A DNA stretch of 25,081 nucleotides from positions 1-25,081 of IMG/VR virus record IMGVR_UViG_3300003375_001426. One strand, 5' to 3'. The notes beneath the pieces were generated by a model. The model searched no databases and was not told the DNA's origin. It saw nothing but the letters and a program-made list of their open reading frames with translations. The DNA comes from a virus. Its lineage: Duplodnaviria > Caudoviricetes. A program made the translations under genes and the position numbers. Below are positions 8,434-17,875 of the stretch, in pieces (position 1 is the stretch's first letter; each line of letters starts with the position of its first letter).

Positions 8434-9619
8434 ATACTGCAACTAAGGCCTGCACTAGATCTTCAATCATTCCATCATCGTGGAACGGAGTTGGTGCAAA
8501 TCTTAGTCGCTCAGTACCAACATCGACGGTTGGAAAATTTATCGCTTGTACGTATATGTTATGATCATTCATCAATGCATCACTCATAGCTTTGCAACGT
8601 TTTGCATCGCCCACTAACACAGGAACAATATGTTCTGTAGCACATTCCATAACAGGAATACCTGCTGCTTTTAATCTATATTTTAATTTACGAGCACGTT
8701 CTTGATGCTTCTCACGTAACTCATTATGATCTTTAAGATACTTAATAGCAGCCAGTGCTCCGGCACAGGTTACAGGACTCATACTTGTTGTAAAGATAAA
8801 TCCAGCAGCCACTGAACGAATAGCATCTGCTACAATACTATCGCATGCCACATATCCACCCTGTACTCCAAATGCTTTACCTAACGTACCGTTGACAAAA
8901 TCTACACGATCTTGTAACCCTAGTTGTTCTAGTTTACCAGCACCATGTTCACCATACAGGCCAACGGCGTGTACTTCATCAATATATGTCATTGCATTGT
9001 ATTTGTCAGCAAGATCACAAATATCTTTAATTAAACTAACGTTACCATCCATTGAGTAAACTGATTCAAATACAATACATGGTACTTGATCACCTTCTAC
9101 TGCTGCTTGTAATTTTAATTCTAGATCTGCTAAGTCATTGTGCTTAAAGATGCTTTTGGCAGCACGGCTATGACTAATACCTACAATAAGACTATTATGA
9201 TTGTTACTGTCACTAATATAATGTATATTAGGAATGATCTTAGCTAAGGCGATCATAGTCCACTCGTTGGCTATGTAAGCTGACCCAAACAATACTGCTC
9301 GTTCTTTGTTATGTAAACAAGCAAGTTCATGTTCTAGAGCCACGTGATAATGACTAGTTCCTGCAATATTACGAGTACCGCCTGATCCAGCGCCAGTATG
9401 ATCCAGGGCAGTATGCATGGCATCTAATACTACTTTATGTTGGCCCATGCCTAGGTAATCGTTTGAGCACCAGTTTACAATGCTTTTAATATTGTAAGGA
9501 CCGTACCAAACAGCACTTGGAAATTTGCCATTTTCTCGCAGAATGTCGTTAAACACACGATATTTGCCAGTTTCTTTTAAGTTTTTAATTAGTTTTTCAA
9601 AGGGTTCGTGATTGATCAT
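8420..9619 (-). CDS. hemA: 5-aminolevulinate synthase (PLP-dependent, C4/Shemin pathway)
   Basis: ALAS-type motifs [57 protein letters not shown] (PLP lysine), FIFTTS and [16 protein letters not shown]. Confidence 0.93.
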   Translation of the reverse strand: MINHEPFEKLIKNLKETGKYRVFNDILRENGKFPSAVWYGPYNIKSIVNWCSNDYLGMGQHKVVLDAMHTALDHTGAGSGGTRNIAGTSHYHVALEHELACLHNKERAVLFGSAYIANEWTMIALAKIIPNIHYISDSNNHNSLIVGISHSRAAKSIFKHNDLADLELKLQAAVEGDQVPCIVFESVYSMDGNVSLIKDICDLADKYNAMTYIDEVHAVGLYGEHGAGKLEQLGLQDRVDFVNGTLGKAFGVQGGYVACDSIVADAIRSVAAGFIFTTSMSPVTCAGALAAIKYLKDHNELREKHQERARKLKYRLKAAGIPVMECATEHIVPVLVGDAKRCKAMSDALMNDHNIYVQAINFPTVDVGTERLRFAPTPFHDDGMIEDLVQALVAVFNTN

Positions 9620-9626
9620 AGTGAAT

Positions 9627-9643
9627 GTATTTACGATAAATAC
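9627..9643. promoter_or_regulatory. Back-to-back divergent TAAATA late promoters
   Basis: Palindrome GTATTTA-CGA-TAAATAC gives TAAATA on the minus strand (9628-9633, 8 nt before the hemA ATG) and on the plus strand (9637-9642). Confidence 0.65.
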
Positions 9644-9661
9644 TCGCAGAGGGATACAATA

Positions 9662-10759
9662 ATGGCCGCAAACGGAATTTCATCACTGTCTACAAAACAA
9701 GCTAAACAAAAGGCTAAACTTGATATTGCTTCGGCAAAACGCCAGGGTAAAGTAGTTGCCGCTGATGGAACAGTAACAGGCAGTGCTGATCCTACTAAGA
9801 ATTATGCACGTTCAAGAGCATATTACGATATTACACAGTTGCCTACACAATATAACGGCAACGGAATTACGGATAATCCTAACACAGGCGGATTAGTAGT
9901 AGGTCGACCTTGGATCTCTATCAGTTACAGCATATCCCCAAGCTCATCAGCAGTTAACGAAGGTGATACAATTACCTATACAATTACCACAGTTGGTGTA
10001 GCAGATGGTACAACTCTATATTGGACTGACAGCGGAACTACAATCGGAGTAGACTTTGTAGGTGACTCTAATAGCGGATCATTTACTGTTAATAGTGGAT
10101 CGGCAACATTTACTAAAACATTAAAAAACGATTATCTAACTGAAGGAACTGAAACAATTATAGTAGATATTCGTACAGGATCCTCAAGCGGTCCTATAGT
10201 AGCTACTAGCGGTGTAGTATCAGTTGCCGATACTTCGATACCTGTAGTAGATCAATATGGATTCTTTGAACAACAGCTCAACGGCGGAACTTATCTTGAC
10301 TTTGACCAGACTATTAGCGGACAACAAATAAACTTTATCTGTACTAACTTCAATGGTAATCCAACTTATGGTAGTTATATTAAAGTTAATGGAACACTGG
10401 TAGCAGGTGATCAACGTGGACTTGCTCCAGACGGTGTTGATACTAGATTAGCACCATTTCAAATGACTCGTGGACACACTATAGTTGTACTAAATCCATC
10501 TAATGGTGCTATGCGATCTGGCTATCCAAAAGTATATGATACCTATGGTAACTCGTCATTGTGTACTACAATGAAAAACGATTTAAAAGCAGTGGCACAA
10601 AACGACATTGTAGCAATTGGCACATACGATGCTACTAGTTGTACACAGGATCTACGTGACGCTCTAACTAATTACTTTGGCGATAATACATATACTAACA
10701 TTTGGTATTCATCACGTATAAGTCAAATGTTTTTAGGTAAACGAAATTCAACTACATAA
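9662..10759 (+). CDS. Virion-associated protein with an Ig/Calx-beta-like domain and a C-terminal ILEI/PANDER-like domain
   Basis: GAGGG SD before ATG 9662. Ig-like segment [13 protein letters not shown]...GTTLYWT...DF...SGSFTV...D..TEGTE. C-terminus RGHTIVVLN...YDTY...IVAIGTYDA...R.S..FLGKR. Confidence 0.7.
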   Translation: MAANGISSLSTKQAKQKAKLDIASAKRQGKVVAADGTVTGSADPTKNYARSRAYYDITQLPTQYNGNGITDNPNTGGLVVGRPWISISYSISPSSSAVNEGDTITYTITTVGVADGTTLYWTDSGTTIGVDFVGDSNSGSFTVNSGSATFTKTLKNDYLTEGTETIIVDIRTGSSSGPIVATSGVVSVADTSIPVVDQYGFFEQQLNGGTYLDFDQTISGQQINFICTNFNGNPTYGSYIKVNGTLVAGDQRGLAPDGVDTRLAPFQMTRGHTIVVLNPSNGAMRSGYPKVYDTYGNSSLCTTMKNDLKAVAQNDIVAIGTYDATSCTQDLRDALTNYFGDNTYTNIWYSSRISQMFLGKRNSTT

Positions 10760-10825
10760 TAGATATAGGAACAACAATATGAAAATGGCAGACGGAACTT
10801 GGGCATAAACAGCTAGTATTATAGC

Positions 10826-10849
10826 AAAACACCGTCTGGCGCTGTTTTC
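10826..10849 (+). terminator. Weak possible intrinsic terminator
   Basis: AAAACA...TGTTTT imperfect hairpin before the next late promoter. Confidence 0.3.
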
Positions 10850-10851
10850 AA

Positions 10852-10857
10852 TAAATA
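10852..10857 (+). promoter_or_regulatory. Putative late promoter TAAATA for the tail-fibre operon
   Basis: TAAATA 25 nt upstream of ATG 10883. Confidence 0.55.
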
Positions 10858-10882
10858 TGTATAACAGTACAAAAGAGCCTAG

Positions 10883-12034
10883 ATGACAGCGTTAACATTC
10901 CCCTCAAACCCCACAGTAGGACAACAGTATCTTTCAGATACTGGTACTATTTGGACTTGGGATGGAGTAAAGTGGACTGTAGGTTCCCTCACTCCTGCAT
11001 CATCTTCTGAATCAGTAGTCGGTCCAGCTAATGTAACAGCTGGCCAATTATTTAATATCTTAGTAGCAGGTGGTTCACCAAATACAGCATTTACTGTTAA
11101 TATCACAGGACCTGGCAATTACTCCTCAACCTCAACAGGCTCACTTGATTCTAAAGGTAACTATATCTACACTGGACAGCAGTTTACTGCCTTAGGGACC
11201 TATACATATACTGTAACCTTTGCATTTGACAGTCAAGTTAAAACTTATACATTTAACGTTGCAGCACAACCTGTAGTACCAACTACAGTAGTGACCACTT
11301 ACGATCCTTTATTAAACGTATCATTTCCAACGACTCCTACACAGGGGCAATTGTATACCCTAACTGATGGTACAGTTTATCAATGGAATGGTATTAAGTG
11401 GGTAGTTTATAGTAGTGTAACTCCAGCCTCAATAGCTGCCAATAACACTACACAAATCATTACCAATCCCTACACGCTGCCCAAAGCTACTAGTACTACG
11501 CTCGGCGGTGTAATTGTCGGTAACGGTATTGACAATGCTGATGGGGTAATCAGTGTAAACACAGCATCGATCGCTGGTGCTATAGAAACAGCAGTCACTG
11601 GTGCTGTTATTTCAGCAGTTGAGGCAGCAGTACAAGTACCAGCTACAGCATCAACGCTAGGCGAAGTAAAAATAGGTTCAAACATTGATGTAACAACTGA
11701 TGGAACTATCAGTGTTCCCACTGCCTCTAACAGTACATTAGGTGTGGTAAAAGCGGGTACAAACATTAGTATTGATGGTAACGGAGCAATCAGCGTTCCC
11801 ACTGCCTCTAACAGTACGTTAGGCGTGGTGCAAGCTGGTACAAACGTTACTATTGACAGTACTGGTGCAATCAACATTGCAACAGGGGCTGGAATAAATA
11901 CACTAGAGAGTATTTCTAATGTAAATCCTTCGGGAATTACCGATGGATCGCTGTTAGTTTATAATGCAGGGGCTAGCAGATGGAATGTAACAACGAATTT
12001 AGCACAAGAAAACTGGGATTCAGGGCAGTACTAA
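10883..12034 (+). CDS. Tail fibre/adhesin-like structural protein
   Basis: Two FP..PT.GQ.Y....G..(W/Y).W.G.KW modules, four (L/V)P.A....LG.V..G.NI....G.IS fibre repeats, and a C-terminal DG.LLVYN....W...DSGQY. Confidence 0.75.
   Translation: MTALTFPSNPTVGQQYLSDTGTIWTWDGVKWTVGSLTPASSSESVVGPANVTAGQLFNILVAGGSPNTAFTVNITGPGNYSSTSTGSLDSKGNYIYTGQQFTALGTYTYTVTFAFDSQVKTYTFNVAAQPVVPTTVVTTYDPLLNVSFPTTPTQGQLYTLTDGTVYQWNGIKWVVYSSVTPASIAANNTTQIITNPYTLPKATSTTLGGVIVGNGIDNADGVISVNTASIAGAIETAVTGAVISAVEAAVQVPATASTLGEVKIGSNIDVTTDGTISVPTASNSTLGVVKAGTNISIDGNGAISVPTASNSTLGVVQAGTNVTIDSTGAINIATGAGINTLESISNVNPSGITDGSLLVYNAGASRWNVTTNLAQENWDSGQY
11708..11869 (+). repeat. 81-bp imperfect tandem direct repeat (27-aa fibre repeat)
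   Basis: ATCAGTGTTCCCACTGCCTCTAACAGTACATTAGG at 11708 recurs as ATCAGCGTTCCCACTGCCTCTAACAGTACGTTAGG at 11789. Confidence 0.85.
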
Positions 12035-12047
12035 TGGAGCGCAATAG

Positions 12048-15000
12048 ATGACAACTTTTAGAATTAAACGATCGCCAACTTCGGGTAATCCCTCGGTACT
12101 GGCACAGGGCGAATTAGCCTATTCATATCTAGCTAATAACGGCTCCAACGGCGGTGATACGCTGTACATTGGTACTGGTACTGAAACTACAGGTAATGCT
12201 GCCAATCACGTTAAGATCGGTGGTCTATACTATACTACACAAATTGACAATGCTACCAATGCCAACACAGCATCGACTATTGTAAAACGAGATGCTAGCG
12301 GTAACTTTACAGCTGGAACGATCACTGCGGCATTAACTGGTAATGCGTCGACAGCAACTAAATGGGTTACAGCTCGTAATTTATCCCTAACAGGCGATGC
12401 TACAGCTACTCTAAGTAGTGTAGATGGCAGTGCTGATGTATCGGCAGCCTTAACACTGGCCAACGTTAATTCGAATGCGGTATCTCTAGCAACAACAGCC
12501 GCAAGTGGTACTGGTACCACAGCTACATTAACCTACGCAACACAAGCTAGCAATCCGTTCACGGTTGGACAATCTATTACTGTTACTGGTGTTACTCCAA
12601 ACGGTTATAACGGAACTTATACGGTAACAGCAGTTTCAACTACACAGGTTCAGTATGCTAATACCACCACCGGCAGTCAATCGGCGGCTGGTACAGTAGT
12701 AGCTAACTTTGGTAGCTCAACATTTATTCCAGTTATTACTGTAAACAGCAAAGGCTTAATTACAGCAATTAGCAACACAGCAATCAGCACAACAATTAAC
12801 CTAGCTGGTTCAACTGGCTCTGGTAGCGTAGCAGGTGGTGGTACATTAACAGTCACTGGTGGAGCAGGTATATCTACTAGTGTTAGTGGTTCAACAATTA
12901 CAATTAGTTCTACTGGTGCTGGTGGTTATACAACTACTGTAACTAGTGGTACAACTTATACACTAACATCATCAAGTACTCCGGCTCAATACTTTACAGG
13001 TAGTACAGTTCAAGTAGTTAAACTACCAGACGCAACAGGTCTAACACTTGGACAAGAATATATTCTTACCAACAATAGTAGTGCTAACCTAACAGTTAAC
13101 ACAAGTACTAGCGCATCAGTCTTAACACAAATTCCAGGTACTACAGTTACCTATACTGTAATATCTACAGGTGGTAATACAGCGGCTGCTTGGAATTATG
13201 AATACACTGGATTTGCCACAGTCACTGGAACTGGCGCTAATGTTCTAGCAACAAGCCCAACACTTGTAACTCCTACATTAGGCGTTGCTACAGCTACTAG
13301 CATTAACGGTTTGACTATTAGTACTACAACTGGTACACTAACTATTGCTAACGGTAAGACATTAACAGCAAATAACTCATTAACATTTACCGGTACTGAC
13401 AGTTCAAGTGTAGCGTTTGGTACAGGTGGCACTGTTGTTTACACAAGTAACAATTTAAGCGTATTTGCTTCAACTACATCGGCACAATTAGCCGGCGTTA
13501 TCAGCGATGAAACAGGTAGTGGCGCACTGGTATTTGGTACAAGCCCAACATTAGTAACACCAACATTTACTACTAGTGCTACATTTAGTGGATCAACAAG
13601 TGGATCAACAGTTGTTCAGGCAACAGGTGTAGCAAGTGGTACACTAACACTACCAGCCGCAACTGACACATTAGTTGGTAAGGCAACCACAGATACATTC
13701 ACTAACAAGACATTTGATACTGCTGGTACAGGTAACGTATTTAAAATTAACGGTACTCAAGTTAGTGCCGTAACTGGAACTGGCTCCACTGCTGTACTTG
13801 CCGCTGGTCCAACACTTACTGGTACAATTAAACTTGCTGACATTAGCATTACTACAGATACTATCAGCAATACAACGTCTAGTACTAATATTATTATTGC
13901 TCCGACTGGTAAGGTACAGTTTGGTAGTGGCACACCAGGTAGTGGTGCCGCGTATCAATTTCCAGCAGTTGACAGCACAAGCAGTGGTTATGTTTTAACA
14001 TCACAAGCTAATGGTACATTAATTTGGGCTGCCGCTAGCTCTAGTTTGAGTCTAGCAGGTACAGGATCAACAACTGGTTCAACTAATTTACTAACAGGTA
14101 CACTAACATTTGCTGGTGGTACAAACGTTACTGCGGCAATTAGTGGAACAAGTCCAAATGCTACTGTAACTATCAGTGTTGGTGATGCTACAACAAGTAC
14201 TAAAGGTATTGCTAGTTTCAATAGTACATATTTTAGCGTAAGCAGTGGCGCAGTTAGTCCGGCAAGTACCACAGGTACTGGCGCATTTGTTCTAGCAAGT
14301 GCTCCAACAATAACTGGTCATCCAACCATTGAAGGTGTAACATCAACAGGTGCTACAGGTACTGGTAATTTAGTATTCAGCGCAAGCCCAACTTTCAGCG
14401 GCACTGCAACAATAGCTACATTAAATCTAACAAATGCATTGGGAGTAGCTTACGGTGGTACTGGTACAACTAGTGGTAGTATAACAGGAACAGGCGCTCT
14501 TACATTTACAGCGGGCGGTTCTAATACAAACATTAACTTAGTGCCACAAGGGTCAGGAACTGTTGATGTTGGTTCAGCAAGAATTACAAGTTTAGCAACT
14601 CCAACTCAATCAACTGATGCGGCTACTAAAGGATATGTTGATGCGGCAGCTACTGGTATCAATGTACACGACAGCGTAGAAGTATTAGCCGATAGCACAA
14701 ATACAGCTATCACAGGTGCTACTTATGCTAATGGTACAACTGATGCTGGTACTGGTACTGGTATAGGCGCAACACTTACTGATGCTACAACAGGTTCAGC
14801 ATTATCAATTGACGGTTACACACTAGTACTGAATGATCGTGTCTTAGTCAATTCTTTCACAAGTACTAGCGCAAAATACAACGGTGTTTACTATCTAAGC
14901 ACACTAGGTGTAAGTGGTACAACAAAATGGGTCTTGACTCGTGCTACAGACTATAACAATAGTATAGCAGGTCAAGTTATTCCTGGCGACTTTGCGTTTG

Positions 15001-15662
15001 TTACAAAAGGTACAACTTATGGCAAAACTGGCTGGGTACAAACTAATATTGGTACAGGGGCAAGTCCAGCTAATGCTATTAAGATTGGTACAGACGCTAT
15101 TGCTTATACACAGTTCTCAGGTGCTGGTACTTACTCAGCAGGCAATGGACTGACCTTAACTAGCACTCAATTTAGTATTGATACATCAATTACTGTTGAT
15201 AAGACGACAAGTCAAACATTAACTAATAAGACATTAAGTACAGGTGTTGTTTATAACGGTGGTATAATTGGCAGTACCTATGGTGGTACTGGTGTTAACA
15301 ACGGTTCAAGTACTATTACAATTGGTGGCAATGTTACAATGTCTGGTGCGTACACATTTACTGGTACGTTATCAGCAAATACTAGCGTAACATTCCCAAC
15401 AAGTGGTACCTTAGTTAATACAGCAGTAACAAGTTTAAGCAGCTTGTCAACAGTTGGTACGATTACCAGCGGTACTTGGAACGGTACAACTATTGGTTCA
15501 GGTTATGGTGGTACTGGATTTAGTACTTACGCAACTGGTGATTTGATTTATGCCAGTGCTACTAATACTCTAAGTAAATTATCAGCAGCCACGAACGGCC
15601 AAGTTCTACAGCTTGTTGCTGGTGTTCCAGCCTGGGCTGACTTAGACGGTGGCACCTACTAA
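12048..15662 (+). CDS. Long tail fibre-like structural protein (1204 aa, T/G/S-rich)
   Basis: GGAG SD. N-terminal IKRS.....P..L..GELAY head, fibre motifs IV.RD..GNF.AG.ITA.L.GNA.TA, DAATKGYVD and IDG......DRVLV...NGVY...TRATD, and C-terminal LDGGTY. Confidence 0.85.
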   Translation: MTTFRIKRSPTSGNPSVLAQGELAYSYLANNGSNGGDTLYIGTGTETTGNAANHVKIGGLYYTTQIDNATNANTASTIVKRDASGNFTAGTITAALTGNASTATKWVTARNLSLTGDATATLSSVDGSADVSAALTLANVNSNAVSLATTAASGTGTTATLTYATQASNPFTVGQSITVTGVTPNGYNGTYTVTAVSTTQVQYANTTTGSQSAAGTVVANFGSSTFIPVITVNSKGLITAISNTAISTTINLAGSTGSGSVAGGGTLTVTGGAGISTSVSGSTITISSTGAGGYTTTVTSGTTYTLTSSSTPAQYFTGSTVQVVKLPDATGLTLGQEYILTNNSSANLTVNTSTSASVLTQIPGTTVTYTVISTGGNTAAAWNYEYTGFATVTGTGANVLATSPTLVTPTLGVATATSINGLTISTTTGTLTIANGKTLTANNSLTFTGTDSSSVAFGTGGTVVYTSNNLSVFASTTSAQLAGVISDETGSGALVFGTSPTLVTPTFTTSATFSGSTSGSTVVQATGVASGTLTLPAATDTLVGKATTDTFTNKTFDTAGTGNVFKINGTQVSAVTGTGSTAVLAAGPTLTGTIKLADISITTDTISNTTSSTNIIIAPTGKVQFGSGTPGSGAAYQFPAVDSTSSGYVLTSQANGTLIWAAASSSLSLAGTGSTTGSTNLLTGTLTFAGGTNVTAAISGTSPNATVTISVGDATTSTKGIASFNSTYFSVSSGAVSPASTTGTGAFVLASAPTITGHPTIEGVTSTGATGTGNLVFSASPTFSGTATIATLNLTNALGVAYGGTGTTSGSITGTGALTFTAGGSNTNINLVPQGSGTVDVGSARITSLATPTQSTDAATKGYVDAAATGINVHDSVEVLADSTNTAITGATYANGTTDAGTGTGIGATLTDATTGSALSIDGYTLVLNDRVLVNSFTSTSAKYNGVYYLSTLGVSGTTKWVLTRATDYNNSIAGQVIPGDFAFVTKGTTYGKTGWVQTNIGTGASPANAIKIGTDAIAYTQFSGAGTYSAGNGLTLTSTQFSIDTSITVDKTTSQTLTNKTLSTGVVYNGGIIGSTYGGTGVNNGSSTITIGGNVTMSGAYTFTGTLSANTSVTFPTSGTLVNTAVTSLSSLSTVGTITSGTWNGTTIGSGYGGTGFSTYATGDLIYASATNTLSKLSAATNGQVLQLVAGVPAWADLDGGTY

Positions 15663-15672
15663 TAGGTAAACA

Positions 15673-16203
15673 ATGAGTACTATCAAGCTCAGACGCAGTG
15701 CGGTTCAAGGCTCTGTTCCTACTACCAGTACTTTAGCCGACGGCGAAATTGCTTTAAATACCTACGATGGTAAATTATATTTTGTTAAAAGCCCCAACGG
15801 TGTAAGCTCAGTAGTAGCCTTGCAGCCGTATAGTGGCGGTACTGGTATTAATGTAGATACTAGTACAGGATTAATCAGCACCAAGCAAGACATAGCAGTA
15901 ACAGCAAGTCCTACCTTTGCCAATGCTACAATTAACACAAATTTAACAGTAGGAAAAGTATCATTAGGCACTGGATATTATTATACACTACCAAATATCG
16001 ATGGCGCTGCTGGGCAAGTACTTACAACAGACGGAGCAGGAAACATAACTTGGACATCAGTGTCCGGGGGCGGTGGCGGTGGATCTGTATATTCTGTAAA
16101 TTATGTAAATCAAACACTAACTAGTACACAACAGGCACAGGCTCGAAAAAATATTGGATTAGATGATGCCACTCTGTATTTCTATAGTTATATGTTCGGA
16201 TAA
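15673..16203 (+). CDS. Short tail fibre-type protein with an Mtd-like N-terminal domain
   Basis: AGGT SD. MSTIKLRRS....VP....L.DGEIALNTYDGKLYF, LP..DG..GQVLTTDG.G...W, and Q.LT..QQ.QARKNIG. Confidence 0.75.
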   Translation: MSTIKLRRSAVQGSVPTTSTLADGEIALNTYDGKLYFVKSPNGVSSVVALQPYSGGTGINVDTSTGLISTKQDIAVTASPTFANATINTNLTVGKVSLGTGYYYTLPNIDGAAGQVLTTDGAGNITWTSVSGGGGGGSVYSVNYVNQTLTSTQQAQARKNIGLDDATLYFYSYMFG

Positions 16204-16211
16204 GTAATTAT

Positions 16212-16622
16212 ATGAAAGTAAGAGAAATATTAACAGAAGGATTGAACAAGAAAGATACTTTCTCAATCCTTCACGACTTTATCCGATTTGCCGCAGAAGA
16301 TTTAAAATTAAAATCATTGCCAAAGTTTGATTTTGTATTTGATAGTACGCAAAGTGTAGAGCGCAAGAGCTTTGGTGGATATCAGCCCGGTGCAGAGCAC
16401 ATTACTATTACTGTAAAGAATCGCCACATCAATGATGTTTGCCGTACCCTAGCACACGAAATGGTACACTATAAACAAGACCTAAACAATGAGTTAGAAG
16501 ACGATAAAGCAGGTGCAACAGGTAGCCCACAAGAAAACGAAGCCAATGCACAAGCCGCAGTTATCATGCGCAATTGGGGCAAGCGTCATCCTGAACTATT
16601 TGCAGAAGAATCAGTAGAATAA
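16212..16622 (+). CDS. Small HExxH zinc-metallopeptidase-like protein
   Basis: TLAHEMVHYKQ followed by E.EA. N-terminus MKVREILTE. TAAGTA (late-box variant) 5 nt upstream. Confidence 0.7.
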   Translation: MKVREILTEGLNKKDTFSILHDFIRFAAEDLKLKSLPKFDFVFDSTQSVERKSFGGYQPGAEHITITVKNRHINDVCRTLAHEMVHYKQDLNNELEDDKAGATGSPQENEANAQAAVIMRNWGKRHPELFAEESVE

Positions 16623-16626
16623 TTGG

Positions 16627-16712
16627 TAAATAACACATACAATTCATTCTAAGCCTTCAGCTTAACTACCTAAACTCATAGCATGATTTGTCCAACCAAG
16701 GACACTGCTATG
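16627..16712 (+). promoter_or_regulatory. Late promoter and structured 5' leader
   Basis: TAAATA 16627-16632. Hairpin AAGC-CTTCA-GCTT (16651-16663). Hairpin CATAGCA..TGTCC-AACCAA-GGACA.TGCTATG (16677-16712) covering the SD and ATG. Confidence 0.6.
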
Positions 16713-17759
16713 ACAACTCGCAAACTCAATTCACATGCCATTGCTAAATCAGCCAGCACTTATATAGGCAAGGTAGGCGAAATATTCTACGACACTGCCA
16801 CAGCAACATTAAGATTAAGCGACGGCTCCACGCCAGGCGGCATCACATTCAGCGGCGGCGCACCAGCATCCAGTTTGGTAAATGGTAGCAAAACAGTTAC
16901 TCTCGGCCTTGATGGTGGTGTATATTTCCCAGGAGGTAGCTCTTTGGATGGGTCTACTGTGCCCAATGAATTTGCGCTGTTCACTATGCCAACTAACACA
17001 TTTTCAATTAACACAAGTGACAATATTAACCCCTCACATACTTGGACCTTTGGCACAGATGGTTCATTAACACTGCCTACTGGTAGTAGTATTGCAGATG
17101 CTGTTGGTAATGCAGTTATTGGTAGCAATTCAGGAACAGTTTCTATATACACTTTAGAGGTTGTGAACTTTACTCAGCTTGCACCAAGTAATTATCTGTG
17201 GATCACTAATCAATATTATTCAGGATCATTACTGACCAGTACGTTTGGCTCCATATCTGGAACAGCAGTTGGAACAACCCATCCTGTCGTGGGACTCACA
17301 CAATTGAGTACCAGTGGCCGCGGCAGTGGTGCTATCTTTCAAGTAACTGTTTATTATAATGGAAGCGGTACAACATACATTAATGTGGGTATTTACTACA
17401 ATGACGGAAATCAACAATACGGCACTGGTTATGCTGTGGGCGACACTGTTACTATTGCTGGTGCTGATCTTGGCGGCACCACTCCCGCAAACAATTTGAC
17501 ATTTACAATTGGTAACGCTGTTAAAAACAATTATCCAGCTGGGATTGACGGTCGTATAATTTATGATTATAGTAATAAACATTTCTTAGCGTATAATGGA
17601 TCAACATGGACACAACTGGATAGCCCGCTAACTCCCAGTGGTGCTAAAGCATCGAACGCATATGGTGTAGCAGGACAAACTAGTTACGATTCCAACTACT
17701 TTTATATCTGTATAGCAACCAATACTTGGCGTCGTGTGGCATTGGGTAGCACTTACTAA
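16710..17759 (+). CDS. Tail fibre/receptor-binding-like protein with an Mtd-like N-terminal domain
   Basis: AAGGA SD before ATG 16710. YIGKVGEIFYD.....LRLSDG.TPGG, WTFGTDGSLTLP, G.GA.F.V...G.GY.VGDTVTI.G..LGG, and C-terminal G..GQ..YDSNYFYICIATNTWRRVAL. Confidence 0.75.
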   Translation: MTTRKLNSHAIAKSASTYIGKVGEIFYDTATATLRLSDGSTPGGITFSGGAPASSLVNGSKTVTLGLDGGVYFPGGSSLDGSTVPNEFALFTMPTNTFSINTSDNINPSHTWTFGTDGSLTLPTGSSIADAVGNAVIGSNSGTVSIYTLEVVNFTQLAPSNYLWITNQYYSGSLLTSTFGSISGTAVGTTHPVVGLTQLSTSGRGSGAIFQVTVYYNGSGTTYINVGIYYNDGNQQYGTGYAVGDTVTIAGADLGGTTPANNLTFTIGNAVKNNYPAGIDGRIIYDYSNKHFLAYNGSTWTQLDSPLTPSGAKASNAYGVAGQTSYDSNYFYICIATNTWRRVALGSTY

Positions 17760-17783
17760 ACACCAGCAACTATTCTCGCTCAT

Positions 17784-17820
17784 AAAAAAAGCCCTAACGC
17801 TTTCACGCTTGGGCTTTTCT
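17784..17820. terminator. Intrinsic terminator between convergent genes (likely bidirectional)
   Basis: A7-GCCC...GGGC-TTTT. On the minus strand the stem is followed by T7. Confidence 0.75.
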
Positions 17821-17875
17821 ATATGCGGCCATTGCCAATTCCCTAGCTTGGGCAAGTCTGGCGATGAAGCTATGC

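Noticed and set aside
8420-9619. Alternative identity as BioF, Kbl or serine palmitoyltransferase, or host contamination
   Set aside because: [18 protein letters not shown] and YRVF are ALAS-type motifs. The gene overlaps a phage gene and carries the phage late box.
11708-11869. CRISPR-like or mobile repeat
   Set aside because: It is an in-frame coding repeat of 27 aa with no spacers.
15673-17759. Diversity-generating retroelement suggested by the Mtd-like N-terminal domains
   Set aside because: No reverse transcriptase and no template/variable repeat pair with adenine-specific mismatches is visible in this window.
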